Shown piece by piece: positions 1 to 13,230 of a DNA stretch of 64,000 nucleotides (within the stretch, counting starts at the first letter, position 1; the number at the start of each line of letters is the position of its first letter). The notes under the pieces are model-generated. The model had not been told where the DNA came from. It made no database searches and saw only the letters and a program-made list of their open reading frames with translations. A program made the translations under genes and the position numbers. Origin of the DNA: Octopus sinensis (taxonomy: Eukaryota); the NCBI RefSeq assembly GCF_006345805.1, contig NC_042997.1, forward strand, positions 156,488,001-156,552,000, given 5' to 3'.

Positions 1-65
1 GTGTGTGTGTGTGTGTGTGTATGTGTGTGTGTGTGTGGTGTGTGTGTGTGCGTGTGTGTGTGTGT
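1..65. repeat. (GT)n microsatellite
   Basis: Near-pure GT dinucleotide run at the window start. Confidence 0.95.
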
Positions 66-697
66 ACCACTTTTGTTCTTAAATTTCTGTGAAGCATAAA
101 TGGAATGTTTTATAATTTCAATTTCTTAACGAAAAACAAACACTAGTAACTGTTGCTTGCCACTAATTGCAGTTTAGTAATTTCTCGTTCAGCTAGATTA
201 CCCAACATTGTTCTAACAATAAAACTCCTAAATAATAATCACTACTATCACATAAAAAAAACCTGAATTTTATTGAAAACAGTTTCTTCATCCTTTTTTG
301 CTTTCTTTTTTTTTCGTTTCAAGATGATTGTCTTGTTTTGTTCAATTAATTGGAGACTTGTTATTGTCTAGCTTCTAGGTTAACTCTGATTCAACAAGTC
401 TTTAATCAAAGATTCTTCCTGCTACAATCATGATGTCTTTTTGTTTTACTGTTTATTCTCAGGCAGTGGACCACATTATTTCATACGTCTTTTTTTTAAG
501 ACATTCAGGTGTAATATCAGGTAGATTTAAGTATTATTTCTATCAGGCCAAGGAACCACATCGATGCCTGGTGAGAGCTGTGATTAAGCAGTGATCACAA
601 TATCCAGCAGGTGGTAAAGGTTGGGCATGGAGGTGAGAAAGAGATCAAAAATGCTTCAGGAGCCTGTGTGTTAATCAGGAATATGTGGATAATAATA

Positions 698-1119
698 GTG
701 GCCGATGCCAGCGCCGCCTTGACTGGCTTCTGTGCCAGTGGCACGTGACCTGCTGTGCTTCAGGAGACCTATTGAGTCAAGTACATCAACATCAAAATAA
801 ATATCAAATGGGGCACGTAAAAAGCACCATCCGAACGTGGCCGATGCCAGCGTCGCCTTGACTGGCTTCTGTGCTGGTGGCACATAAAAAGCACCAACCA
901 ATCGTGGCCACTACCAGCCTCCCCTGGCACCTGTGCCAGTGGCATGCGAAAAGCACCCACTACACTGACGAAGTGGTTGGCATTAGGAAGGGCATCCAGC
1001 TGTAGAAACACTGCCAGATCAGACTGGAGCCTGGTGCAGCCTCCTGGCTTCCCAGACCCCAGTCAAACCATCCAACCTGTGCTAGCATGGAAAACGGACA
1101 TTAAACGATGATGATGATG
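698..1119 (+). mobile_element. RTE LINE 3'-UTR copy (5'-truncated) with ~58-nt subrepeats and (GAT)n tail
   Basis: Matches the 3' end of the LINE at 38815-41150 (gtggttggcattaggaagggcatccagctgtagaaac ... gctagcatggaaa ... ttaaacgatgatgat). Confidence 0.85.
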
Positions 1120-1534
1120 TTGCAGAGAGTCATTTATGGCAGTATATTCAACTTTGGTGCAGTCTTGATATGAGATACATAAAAAGCCAAGATGATTTGG
1201 GAACACTGAAGTTACCAAGGTTGATGATTCCAACAAGAGAAGGGAAGTGAGATAGATGTTGTTGATGTAAAATGAGATAGTGCCTCAAAGTTATTGGTTG
1301 GGGAAGGTTATAGAGCAGTATACAGCATTAGAAACACAATTATTTGGTTCAAATACTTTTAATGAATGCCTTAAATTTATTCAACATAGGACTGGCAGGA
1401 TGAGATTACTATACTTGTCCTTCTACCTACCAAACTGTAGTTACATTTTACTTCATCACAAAATAGTCTTATAGGTTTCATTGAATTTTCCCGATAATGA
1501 AAAGTGGTCTAATTTGAAATTTACAACTAAATCA

Positions 1535-2046
1535 TCATAATCATCATCATCCTCATTTAACGTCCACTTTCCAGGCAGTACTGGCAATGGCCATGCTCAA
1601 ATGGTACTTTTTATGTGCCACCTGCACAGGAGCCAGTCCAGCGGCACTGGCAATGACCTCGCTCGAATGTTTTTTCATGTGCAACCAGTACAAGTGCCAG
1701 TAAGGTGATGCAGGTAACGATCACACTTGAATGGTGCTTTTTACATGCCACCGGCACAGAGGCCAGCTTGTTGCTCTGGCAATGATCATGCTCGGATGGT
1801 GCTCTTAGTGCTCCACTAGCACGGATGCAAGTCATCGAATTTGATTTTGATTTCGATTTCGATTTCACTTGCTTCAGCAGGTCTTAGCAAGCAGAGTTTA
1901 GTGTCCAATGAAGGAAAGTTATGCATAAGTGGGCTGGTTACACCCCTGGCATAGGCCACAAGGTTATAGTTTCACTTGTGCTTACCAAGTCTTTTCAAGC
2001 ACAGTATATTTCCAAAGGTCCCAGTCACAAGTCATTACCTCGGTGA
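1535..2046 (-). mobile_element. RTE LINE 3'-UTR fragment, internally deleted
   Basis: Reverse-complement similarity to the 39875-41150 UTR (subrepeats, aaatc repeats); (CAT)n tail on the left. Confidence 0.7.
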
Positions 2047-2214
2047 GTCAATGAAAATACTAAAGAGTAAATATGTTGTTTATGTTAACAAAGTCCATGA
2101 CATCAAGCTGGGAATTACTACTTTAAGTTATGAATTGGGTTTAAGACAATAATTCTCAAATAATGTATTGGAAAACTATTCTTTGTATGATTCCAAATTT
2201 TATTTTTATCCTAT

Positions 2215-2518
2215 AGCACAGCTGTGTTTTAAGAAGTTTGCTTTTCAACCACATGGTAAGTGGCGTCTTTCATTCTCAATCTTTCATGGAAGCATCTGGT
2301 TATGGGGAAATATAACCTTACTTGGAAACAGGTAAAGGTTGGCAAGAGGTAGGGCATCCAGCCATAGAAAATCCACCTCAACAAATTCCATCCAATCCAT
2401 GCAACATTGGAAAGTGAATGTTAAAATGATGATAATGATGATGAGGAGGAGGAGGAGGAGGAGGAGGACGACGACGACGACGACGATGACGATGATGACG
2501 ATGATGATGATGATGATA
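2215..2518 (+). mobile_element. Degraded tRNA-derived SINE with RTE-like tail and compound (GAT/GAG/GAC)n tract
   Basis: Head resembles SINE family A (gctgtgt..taagaagtttgcttt.caaccacatggt); tail agggcatccagccatagaaaatc ... ggaaagtgaatgttaaaatgatgat. Confidence 0.7.
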
Positions 2519-2831
2519 AAAATAGTAAATTTTTGTTTCCTGGTGTTTGCAGTATCTCTAAGAGAGAAAAATTAACTTGTGAAAAACGCCAGTTGTAATT
2601 TGTTTTCCAATTTAACAAGTAATGCTGAAATCAATACAAGTAACTATATTTCAAGTAAACCTGATTTATAACTTAGCCCTTGGGCCAAAATCCCAATGCA
2701 TATGACTGGTTTGAAAGAAGTCATATCACTGCCTAGTACAATTTCCAAATGTAACTTTTATTTGCAATAATACAACTCCCACTTCTAAGACAGTGGCAAT
2801 AATACTGCTCCCACCACCAGGACACCTCTAG

Positions 2832-2864
<33 letters not shown>

Positions 2865-3118
2865 TCTTGGACTGCATCCAAAAGAAAACCAACTGATTAA
2901 CTATTAAGGACTCTTTCCTTTAACCTCCAAACATGCTTTCTCTTCATTGCTTTGTTTTTACTGCACTACAATGGCAACTGCCCCTTAAAACTAGCTAGGA
3001 ACCATTAACCATTTACTACCTGAAACTAATCTCATCCATCATACCTATCTCTTTCTTACTGTCTCAGCATTGATACTAATTCTCCCATTCATAGGCTTCA
3101 CATTAATGACCATACCAA

Positions 3119-3515
3119 GGTGTAGGAGTGGCTGTGTGGTAAGTAGCTTGCTTACCAACCTCATGGTTCCAGGTTCAGTCCCACTGTGTGGCACCTTGGG
3201 CAAGTGTCTTCTACTACAGCCTTAGGCCGACCAAAGCTTTGTGATTGGATTTGGTAGACGGAAACTGAAAGAAGCTCATGGTATATATGTATGTGTGTGT
3301 GTATATGTTTGTGTCTGTGTTTGTCCCCCCAACATTGCTTGACAACCGATGTTGGTGTGTTTACATCCCTGTAACTTAGTGGTTCAGCAAAAGAAACCGA
3401 TAGCATAAGTACTAGGCTTACAAAGAATAAGTCCTGGGGTCGATTTGCTCGACTAAAGGCGGTGCTCCAGCATGGCTGCAGTCAAATGACTGAAACAAGT
3501 AAAAGAGTAAAAGTG
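3119..3515 (+). mobile_element. SINE family A (tRNA head, CORE-like domain, central TA/TG tract); probably octopus OR2-like
   Basis: A-box-like tggctgtgtgg, B-box-like ggttcagtccc, CORE-like gcaccttgggcaagtgtctt, (AAAAGAGT)n tail; several near-identical copies in the window. The family name is from memory. Confidence 0.9.
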
Positions 3516-4389
3516 TATACTCTTTCTCTCATATCCACTACAGGTTATTGAAACTGGATATCAATAGTTGATATTTCATGCCTGCAAAGGTCCTGGGTGC
3601 AGTCCCTTTCTCATGACTTAACACTTCAGAAAATACTACAAGTATGCTGCTTTATAGAAGAAGGGAAAAAATAGACAGCGAGAAAGGTTAAGACTTAACT
3701 TTAGAAAGAATATAGTATTGTGAAGTAAATTCAACTTCAGAGAAGACAGCGTTTGTCAAGAAATAGAATTAATAATTCAATAAGAACTGGCAACAGCTGG
3801 CAAACACACTTCACAAAAAGATCCTTAACAACTTCAAAGGGATAAAAGACTTTCAATAAACACATACATGTCTAATTGATTACAAGATTTAGTGCTTCGA
3901 GGAAAGTAAGATCTTGCTACTGACACATGGATCAAGTGAAGTTGAGAATAGGTGCATGAAGAAAGAAAAGAACTGGTGAAGCACTATGTCACATGACAAG
4001 AACTGAGATGTGACAAGAAGAACAAATTGCATCCCCTCCTTCTGCTTGGGGCATTTCATATACTTCTAGAGAAATTGTCTAATATATTGAATTAAGGCTC
4101 TTATAGAGAAATATAATTCTGAATATTTAGCAAAATTAAATCATTTTTGTAATTATTGGTATAGCTTTCCATTTGAGACAAATAGAAAAACTTCACTTCT
4201 GGGAAAAACACTCAGAATATGAACACTGCCTGGTTAACAAGCTATTCTGGCTTGGATACTGGAGAAACTACATTTCAGATAACATAGTCTTAGAGATACT
4301 ATGTCTAAAGTATAGATGTGATGGTCATGTTTGAAATACCTCTGATTATAAAACTATATATCAGACCTTACTGAGTAAAAACTGCTTAA

Positions 4390-4609
4390 CCCTTTTGTTA
4401 CTAACCCGGCCAAAACCAGCTCTGGCTATGTGGTAAAATGTCTTGTTTTCATAAGTTTTGAATTAAAATCTTCCACTAAGCCTTCGTCACAATTTACATT
4501 CCTAACACTAGCTTAATGATAACTAAGTTATTTTACTAAATTCTTTGTTATAGTTAAAGTAATTGAAAGAAACACAGAGCATCTCAAAATAAATACGGTA
4601 ATGAAAGGG
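4390..4609. mobile_element. piggyBac-type MITE, family 1
   Basis: TTAA at 4386-4389 and 4610-4613; TIRs cccttttgttac / gtaatgaaaggg; inverted second copy at 17248-17468. Confidence 0.9.
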
Positions 4610-4949
4610 TTAACAGCAGTCAAAGTGGCTGTTAGTCTGTTATAACAGTTGTAACTATGGGGAAAAGATGTCTTTTTTATTTAGGATGTAGGAGTCTTAA
4701 TTTAATCGAATTCATTAAGATTTGGTAAACTAATGTCATATTTATTGACATATATTTCTGGAGAATTCAAACTTTTATGTCAACATTCTTATCTGGTCTT
4801 GTGGCATTACAGATAAGAACACCTAAAAAAATTATGACATTACAAAACAAAGGTTTATACCATTATATGCAAGTATCATATGTATTCTGTAGTACACTGT
4901 TACACACACACACACACACACACACATCATTGACATGATACTGGTACCA

Positions 4950-5418
4950 TCCAGTACCCTCCTATTCATCATAGTCCCCTAGAACATAACAGAGGAATTT
5001 AAGACTGGTTGCCAATGACCTTGTTCTTCTAGCTGAATCTGTAGTAGAACAAGAAAAGAAATTTCAGGTGTGGAAGCAAAATCTAGAATCAAAGGACCTT
5101 AAAGTTAACTTAGCAAAGACCAAAGTTTTGATAATCAGGAAAACAAACAAAACTACATCCTTCAGGAAAATAGCTCTGCTCAACACAGAAGAAAGATATG
5201 GGTAGAAATTTCATACAGTGTACTCAGTGCAAGCTATGGACATAGAAGAGGAGCAGTGCTATCACAGGAAGGTTATCAGAAAAGGCAGAATTTGTATGTG
5301 GAAGATGTTTAGGAACAATAAATAAATACTTAAGTACACATGGGAAATAAATTCTCTCAAAAGCCCAGGAAATACCAAAGAATTAGTAGATAGCTTCTAG
5401 GTGACCTAATTAGCAATA
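4950..5418 (+). pseudogene. Degraded RTE reverse transcriptase fragment (PHD-containing family)
   Basis: Colinear with 38840-39335 (LLFIIV..ITEEFKTGC..KFQVWKQNLESKDLKVNLAKTKV..CTQCKLWT..FVCGRC), with stops and deletions. Confidence 0.85.
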
Positions 5419-5439
5419 AGCATATAAATAGGCTTCCCT

Positions 5440-5935
5440 TCATTGTTTTGCAATGCATGAAAAAAAATGGAAAATCCTGACTAAATTTGCGAAATTCCAA
5501 CAATGGGTGCTGTTAAACCCGTTGCCAAAGTCCACAAAGTTTATAACAGCAGGTAGAGGTCTCGATTTAACTTCTATATGTCTCAGGGCTAAGTTCTGAG
5601 ATGTGGCTTTCTCTGGTCTAAATCCATTTTGATTTGGTCTTAGATGGCTATCAAGCACCTGTTGAATCCTGAAGAGGATAATTTGGTTGATGATTGAGTG
5701 AGATATTGGACAGTGCAATTCCTCTGTAGTTAGTTTCCTTGCTGAAGCTTCCTGACTTTGGGATTGGTATCAAGTTGATCTTGGACCACTAATCTGGACT
5801 TTCTTGGTTCTGTAAGAACTTCTTCACAAAATCCAGTATTATTTCATCTAGATTGCACCTCCTGATAACTTCAGGAGATATTTCATCAGGCTCATCAGCT
5901 TTTCCCTCTTTCAGTCAATATTTGGTACTCTGAAT
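5440..5935 (-). pseudogene. RTE LINE RT N-terminal part (inverted segment)
   Basis: Motifs IPIPKSG..NYRGIAL, LRPNQNGFRP, PAVINFVDF; frameshifted. Confidence 0.85.
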
Positions 5936-6800
5936 TCTTTCAAATACTAGCTGGGGTGCTACAAGGAGATACACTTGCACCATATCTGTTTGTAATTGTA
6001 TTGGATTATGCAGTATCGAAGACCCTGATTTCATCATAGACCAGCAATGATCATGGAGAGTGCCAGTAGTAACCATCACAGATCTGGATTTCACAGATGA
6101 TAGATCTATTATCTAAGAGATCACTTATATTTAATATATCAAGCAGCTATTCAGCAGAGTAGAAGCATCAGCTGCAAAGATAGGACTGCATACAAATGTC
6201 AAGGAAACAGAATACATGTCTTTCAACCAATCAAGTGATGCTGAGCTGGTTGTTCTGAGTGGATCTAAATTGAATGTTACTGAAGACTTCAAGTACTTAG
6301 TGGGGCTGGGTGAGCAGTTTGAAAACAGACAGTAAGATCAGGAAGATACAAGCTTGAACAGCTTGTCACAAACTAAAGGAAGTATGGAACACCAAATTGC
6401 TCTGGCAAATCAAAATGAAGCTGTTCATTACAGCTATTGAATCAGTGCTATTATATGACAATGAAATATGGACATTGACAAAGAAATTATCAAATGGGCT
6501 AAATGGATGCTACATAAGGATGCTACAAATAGCTCTAAATGTGAAATGACAGCAACATGTGACAAATGAATTGCCTTTATGGAGACTTGCTGAAGGTCAG
6601 CAAGAAGATCACACAGAGATGGCTGCAACCATCTGATCACTACATGTGCCATCCTAAGCTAGGAGCATCCAAATAATCCTTGTGGAACCCACTTCATGGT
6701 GATGTAAGCAGAGGAAAACATCGTCACACAATGACAACTTGATTGCAGATACTGGCCTCAAATATATCCAGGAGCTTGAAGCAGTGATGACAGACTAATA
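5936..6800 (+). pseudogene. RTE LINE RT core and C-terminal part
   Basis: ILAGVLQGDTLAPYLFVIVLDY, DLDFTDD, EDFKYL, ESVLLY..WTLTK, LNGCYIRML; many stops. Confidence 0.88.
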
Positions 6801-8298
6801 AGTGTGACAGGTATATTTTGTTTCCATAATAACAAATAATATTCCAAAAGTCTGTTTTTCCTGTTTCCAGTAAGGGATAGTGGGGCACAATGAGTAACAT
6901 TTACAGCATTTTTTGACTTTGAGAAAAAATTATTTTTATAAATGTTCACTAACAAAAACTGCATCAGCTAAGCAAATGACCTTATCTAAATGAATCAAAA
7001 ACCATTATAATATATTTAGAACACTATTTCAGAAAATTACCTCCATTCTCAATAATCATATAAAAAACAAATTTAGATGGATCGAAATGAACAAGAAAAG
7101 ACAAGGTAAATTTGCCTCTTCAGCTCTCCAGAATTACATTTGACAAAAAAACCCATACACATCAATATCTAGGTTAAATGAAAGGGAATCATGGGAAAAT
7201 GGCATATGAAATTAATGAAACTTGACTAAATCAAAAAACTCAACATAAAATTTTCTCTGTAAGCTTCTTCACAATCTGCTGGAGTGGTTCCCAGCAGAAT
7301 CCTAGTTTAAGCATCTCATATAATCCCTCATAACTTTTTAATTTTTTAGAATTCTCAAAACACAGGAGGATTCATAAAACTAGGAAACATTTAAAAAAAT
7401 TTTTCAAATTTGTTTTTTTTTAATTACAGTCCTAAATTTTTACTCCAATCCCAGTAAAAGGCCATTAAACATGTTAATGGGGAGAAAGATATTGAAAAAC
7501 ATCAATACGTCAGAGTGACAAAGAAACAAGGATGGTATCAGGTGGTGATGAGATGTGCTAAAAATAACAGCTAAATAGCCCTTAAATCAGACACAAAAAA
7601 CTTTTTTTTCATAGTCATATGAATTCCCATGTGTAGAATACAAATTTGCAAAAGTTTTCTGAAAATTCCCAAAGCTAGGAAACGTAATGAGATGTTATAT
7701 GGGGTACTTAAAGCAGAATCCTGCTGGGCTCTCTTCCTGATACATTCATGTACCATGCTATTAAAGAAAAGAGATTATTGAGATTAGTCATTACTCATTT
7801 TGCCCCAGTTTAGATGTCATGTTTTGAAAATTGAAAATTATCAAATTAATGGAAAAAAATTGACTTGGAACACAACAGAGGAAAGAATTTGGATTGTCAA
7901 ACATCCAAAATTGTCTAGATATTTCATTAGCAACCTAAATTACAACTGGGTCATGGTTGGGGAAAAATTTCGTGAAAATAAAGTACCTACTACCTGACAG
8001 TTTCAAACTGCCTCAACTGCAATAACAATAATGATGGCCATTGTTTACTCCCAAAGATGATGCAAGAGTACAAAATGGTGATGCAATACTTGTAATGTAA
8101 TGTTTTCAGACAAATAGTGAGAAAACAATAAGAAATTGATAATAACTCATTTTGCCCCAGTTCTATCAATCTCTTTATCTTTATATACAACCAAACTCTC
8201 TCTTAGACACACATACATACACAAACACACACACACAGATATGCACTCATAGATACACACATTTTTTTGGAGTGTTTTGTTGTTTTCTGTCAATGTCC

Positions 8299-8977
8299 CA
8301 AAAGGAACTACAATTAATTCTCATGGGAATTGTGGCTGCTTTGGGAATGGGTAGCAAAGTGTTTTTTAATTGAATGAATTGATGTCACTAATGTAGTTGA
8401 AACTGGTTATTTATCAAAATAGAGGGTCTATTACATTTTTTATATGTTTGTTTATTGAAAGAGAGCTTCTGCATGCAAGATTGCTGAGAGGTGGGGGGGG
8501 GCCTATATTGAGTGTTACATACCCTTCATAGCAGGAGGGCCTTATATCTGTGGATGCCTGAGGCAATTGCCCTCTTTGACCACCACTCCTACAAATCTGG
8601 CTCTGGCTGCTATGGTTATATAAAGTGCCATCTGCTTAAAATGTATGGAATTTGTGGAAGAGGGAGACCCATGAGACAAAATAGTAAAAGTTGATCTCAA
8701 GATGTTGGGCCTCATGGTGATGACAAAAGACTGAGATGATTGGTGTTTCGTTGTGCTCAATAAGACCCATCTATCATGCTGGAAGTGAGGTCATGGAAGC
8801 ATTAGGTTTACATCTAGACACTCACCTGACCCTCTCTTTCTGCACCCAATCCATGCCCATCAAAAGGAACTACAATTAATTCCTATGGGAATTGTGGCTG
8901 CTTTGGGAATGGCTAGCAAAGCGTTTTTTAATTGAATGAATTGATGTCACTAATGTAGTTAAAACTGGTTATTTATC
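8299..8977 (+). repeat. 117-bp direct duplication (8299-8415 and 8861-8977) flanking a spacer with an old RTE 3' fragment
   Basis: About 5 mismatches between the copies; the spacer at 8645-8780 reads GICGRGRP..VKVDLKMLGL..MTKD. Confidence 0.85.
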
Positions 8978-9873
8978 GCCTCATCATACTTCTAATATTT
9001 ATCATACTTCTAACAATGATTCTATTCAGCTGTTGTAATCACATGACAGCAGAATCTGCACATATTTCTTCCCCTTTGTGCTACTTCTTACTTCACCCTC
9101 TCCTTGGAACCACTTCCTTTAACATCTACCATCCCTCCTTCTTGATATCATCCCTTTATTTTCCATTGCTCACCCCCTTTCTATGCTTCCATGCCTCCAT
9201 GTGTCGCTTCCTCTCTTCTGAGCTACTGCTTAGGCTGATCACACCTTCTGTAATCCCATTTCGTAGCAGCTATCATTCTCAACACCCTCTTATTTCTGCC
9301 ATTGATGATCCCTAACTTTGTCTCCTACACTATAGCCAGCACAGCATACCTCTGGCCTCGGTCTGTACACATCTCTTTTTCTCTTCCACCCTTCACATCA
9401 TCTTCCTATTTTCTGATCTATCTACAGGTTGACAATACTACTGCTCTCTAACCTTCTGTACTGTCACTTATCACCTCCTCCTTCCTGAGCTTTTTCTTTT
9501 ACTTCCTTGCCATACTAATATTTACCACTAATCACTCCTTCACCCTTATACATCATTCACTATATTAACCTCTATCCCCAACTCTAACCATTTGTCACTC
9601 TTTCACACTCCTATATAAGAATATAGCTGTGGATATCACTATTTTTTATCAGCAGAGTATCCTCTAAATTGGACAATCATATTGGATGGAATATCTAATG
9701 CAAAGTAAACTCTGCTGGAGAAAAATAAGACTCACAGCTGTAGTGCTTTTATTCTATATTCTTCCTATTTTTTTAATGTGTGATGAGAGAGATTTGGCTG
9801 CTGTTTCTAGCAAGTTAAGTTTGTAGATTTTAAAACAACCAAATAAGATTTAATAACTTCTATATTTGTAAAC

Positions 9874-10112
9874 TATTTATATTAGTGAACTGATACACCA
9901 GCTAATGCATCCTAAATATTTGTCGGTCACTTGATGTACCAGTCCAATCATGTTAAGTATATATGTATTAGAGAATATTTGTAATAATGCATGTTGAATA
10001 TTATATTATGAAATGGGGTACTAGCTCATGCATGCTAAATATTCCTATAGTGAATTGGCATAGCAAGTTCATGCATGCTAAATAAGTTATATTAGTGAAT
10101 TTGTGTTATTGG
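9874..10112. repeat. Degenerate ~42-bp minisatellite (5-6 units; about 2 more at 10770-10850)
   Basis: Recurring tatattagtgaa ... catgcatgctaaa unit. Confidence 0.65.
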
Positions 10113-10339
10113 TCAAAATTACGAATACTCAGGCCCTTCTGAAAAGATTAGAAACAATGCATATCAAAGACCAGTTACACCTTTGATATCAAGAAAGTGG
10201 TATACATGATCTAGAACATAGTTGACCACTAGCCACTCATGATGTTGAAGATGGTTCACTCAAGTAATTTTTTTCAGCTTAAGTACTTTATATTGTTCAA
10301 AGCAGGCTCAGGAAATCTCTCAGTGATAACCAGACTTCT

Positions 10340-10760
10340 ACCTCTCCAGACAATTAAAAAAAGAAATCATCTTTATAATAGCAATTGCAACATTCCTTCT
10401 TTACGGATATGAAACTTGAACTCTCACTTAACTCCATAGTAAAGTACCTTAATGGCTGTTATATCTGGATGCTCCAGGTACCTTTAATATCAGCTAGATT
10501 AAGAAAATCTCTATGATTGCCTCTTCCAGTTGATCAACAAGATAGCAGGAAGAAAGTTGCAACTAGCTGGGCACTGTCTGCAACAACTTTGGTTGCTTGG
10601 CAACAAATCAACATCTGGAAAGCTATCCAAAGAAGAATGATCCATATATGTCCTTCCAAAAACTATAATTAAACATTGTTGAAGGACAATAATGTTGCAA
10701 TAACAAATTATGTTGGATTACTGATGACAAAATAATATATATAGCACCTCCGTCATCATG
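10340..10760 (+). pseudogene. Old RTE LINE C-terminal fragment
   Basis: LLYGYET*TLT, LNGCYIWML, RKLQLAGHC motifs with stops. Confidence 0.75.
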
Positions 10761-11714
10761 TCAAATGTAATTGAAAGTTTATGCATCTGTTCATGCATGT
10801 TATGTATTTATATTAGTGAAATAATGCATCAGATAATGTCGGCCAAATTATTTAAAGAAAAGATAATTAATTAGAGAGAGAAAACAAGGAAATAGGTTTT
10901 GTGGAGTGACAAACAAGATATCAAACATATTTCTTTAGAGTTATATACTTCATCATGGTATTTTTCATGAATCCTCAAATCACAAGACTAGATGACAACA
11001 CCTCCCATTGACAGGAAAAAATGGCACTGCAAACTGTTTATTAAAGATGACAGCAAGGCTGAAGTATTTACAGTAGTCATGATAAAGTACTGTTTTTTTT
11101 TTTTTTTTGTCACCTTTGGTTATAATATAGAACATAATGCAAACATAAATAAAGATATCTTAGTTTGTTGAAAAGAAGACAATAGAAAAATAAAACCTTT
11201 TAAACATGAAAATGAGGAGAATGTAGTCACAATGTTTAATGAAACTCAACCTGAAACACATAAATGAGAGAAATTTTACCTGATTTTGATAAACTGAACA
11301 ATCTGAAGTGATTATAAATAACATCTGCTTAAATGAGAGCCACAAGGCACTTTGTAACATGATTGTTAGTAATTTAATAAAGAGAAGTTAACTCAAGAAA
11401 GCAAATAGATGTGTTGTTCATAAATTTGGATAGGTTCATATGAAAATGTGAATCTTGCTTCATATTACAAGTAAAGCACTTTGAAGAAAGTATGATTCAA
11501 TAAGAATGTATGGGATACAATAAGAATACATTCAGAAAAAATTTCAAGCTCAGAACAACAAACAAAAGTAGGTCATTATAATTTGCAAGAGATACTTAAG
11601 AAGGAAAACTGTAATGGTAGTTTTCCTCAATGTCCACAGCCTGCTGGTTGAAAATGGTAAGAAAATTAGGAAGGACATCAAACCATAGAAACCATACCAA
11701 AGTAGACATTGAAG

Positions 11715-11857
11715 CATAATGCTGCCTGATCTGACAAATCCAGTCAAACCATTCAACCCATGCTAGCTTGGAAGACAAACATTAAAAGAAGATGATGATG
11801 GTGGTAGTGGTGGTGGTGGTGGTGGTGGTGGTTATGATGACGATGACGATGACGACA

Positions 11858-11904
<47 letters not shown>

Positions 11905-11929
11905 GATGGTGATGATGGTGATGGAGGTA

Positions 11930-11972
<43 letters not shown>

Positions 11973-12006
11973 GGAGGAGGAGGAGGAGGAGGAGGAGGAG
12001 GAGGAT
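11715..12006 (+). repeat. RTE-type 3' tail with expanded compound (GAT/GGT/GAG)n microsatellite
   Basis: aacccatgctagcttggaagacaaacattaaa followed by ~215 bp of triplets. Confidence 0.85.
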
Positions 12007-13020
12007 GTATGGTGTGTCAAAGAAACAAATCAGAATTAGGAGTCTATGTAAATTTGAGAATGAAAGGAGGCTGGAATATTTTGAGAATGAAATCAAGGCA
12101 TGGTTATTGTTCCCTTAACAGAAAGCAAAGGATGCTATTCAGGAAGCTGAGAAAAATGTAAAATTTGGTGAAAAGAAAATAAGGCAAACAGTGGAAATGA
12201 TTAATGAATTATATTTCTTCTTTTTGGTAATCTTTTTTCATTAATAGCCCTATATTTAATTTTTTGTTAACACATGTGGCAATACAATAGATTTTGGCAC
12301 CCAAATAATTAAGAAGAATTATAACTAATTTATTCCATGCTAGCCCAATTGGGCAGGGAAAATATTAACAAAATATATTTTATTGCATCATTTTAAAGTG
12401 AAACAGCTTTGTTTATCAAAATATCTTCTGGCATAAAGCCTAAATTGCCATTTCCCATTTTACGATATTTAGGCAAACAGTACAAGCTCAATTCAGTAAA
12501 AGACAAATTAAAAACTTACAAAATCATCAGCAGCAGTACACCGACTTTAAAATTGTAGTTTTATAATTTACAGTTTGGCTTTTATTCAAATTCTCATGCA
12601 AAGTGGCCAAGTTATTTGAAAGGAAATTTCACTCCCTACTTCTACCAAAAATGAAAATTCAAAGTCATTTATTCATTTATGATTTTTTGAAAAAATTTTC
12701 TTCCTCTCAAAGAATTCAATATTTTCTAAATCTAATTATAAAAGGGTTTTAAAGAAAGAAAGAAAAAAGGAATCCAGCAAGATTTAAACAAAACATGAAG
12801 TTTTCTGCATAGTTTGTCATTAATGAACATTACAATAGAACACATTTTTCCCTTCATAAACATATAAATAGTGTACACAGTAAACTCTCTTTATATAATG
12901 GACAGATGGATTCAATATGTGTTTGTGCATGTGTAACAGACACCTATAAATAGGTATGCATATATTTTTCTGTGCTTTGAAATGCAAATTTACTAATAAA
13001 CGTGTGTATGTCTGTGAGTG

Positions 13021-13024
<4 letters not shown>

Positions 13025-13098
<74 letters not shown>

Positions 13099-13230
13099 TA
13101 TATGTGTGTGTATATATATATATATAATATATATATATATATACGTATATGTATGTATATATGTATATATATATATATATATTATATATATATATATATA
13201 TGTAATATATATAAATAAATATATATATAA
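13025..13230. repeat. (TA)n microsatellite
   Basis: ~200-bp imperfect TA run. Confidence 0.95.

Noticed and set aside
3119-3190. tRNA-like A and B boxes, also at 17784, 37430 and 52123
   Set aside because: These are SINE heads that continue into SINE bodies; no complete cloverleaf was found.
11782-12118. Poly-M/V/R/I/S ORFs, and similar poly-IY, poly-CV, poly-HT and poly-N ORFs at 2339, 12956, 24562, 35224, 44858 and 48095
   Set aside because: They are translations of microsatellites that lack stops in some frames.
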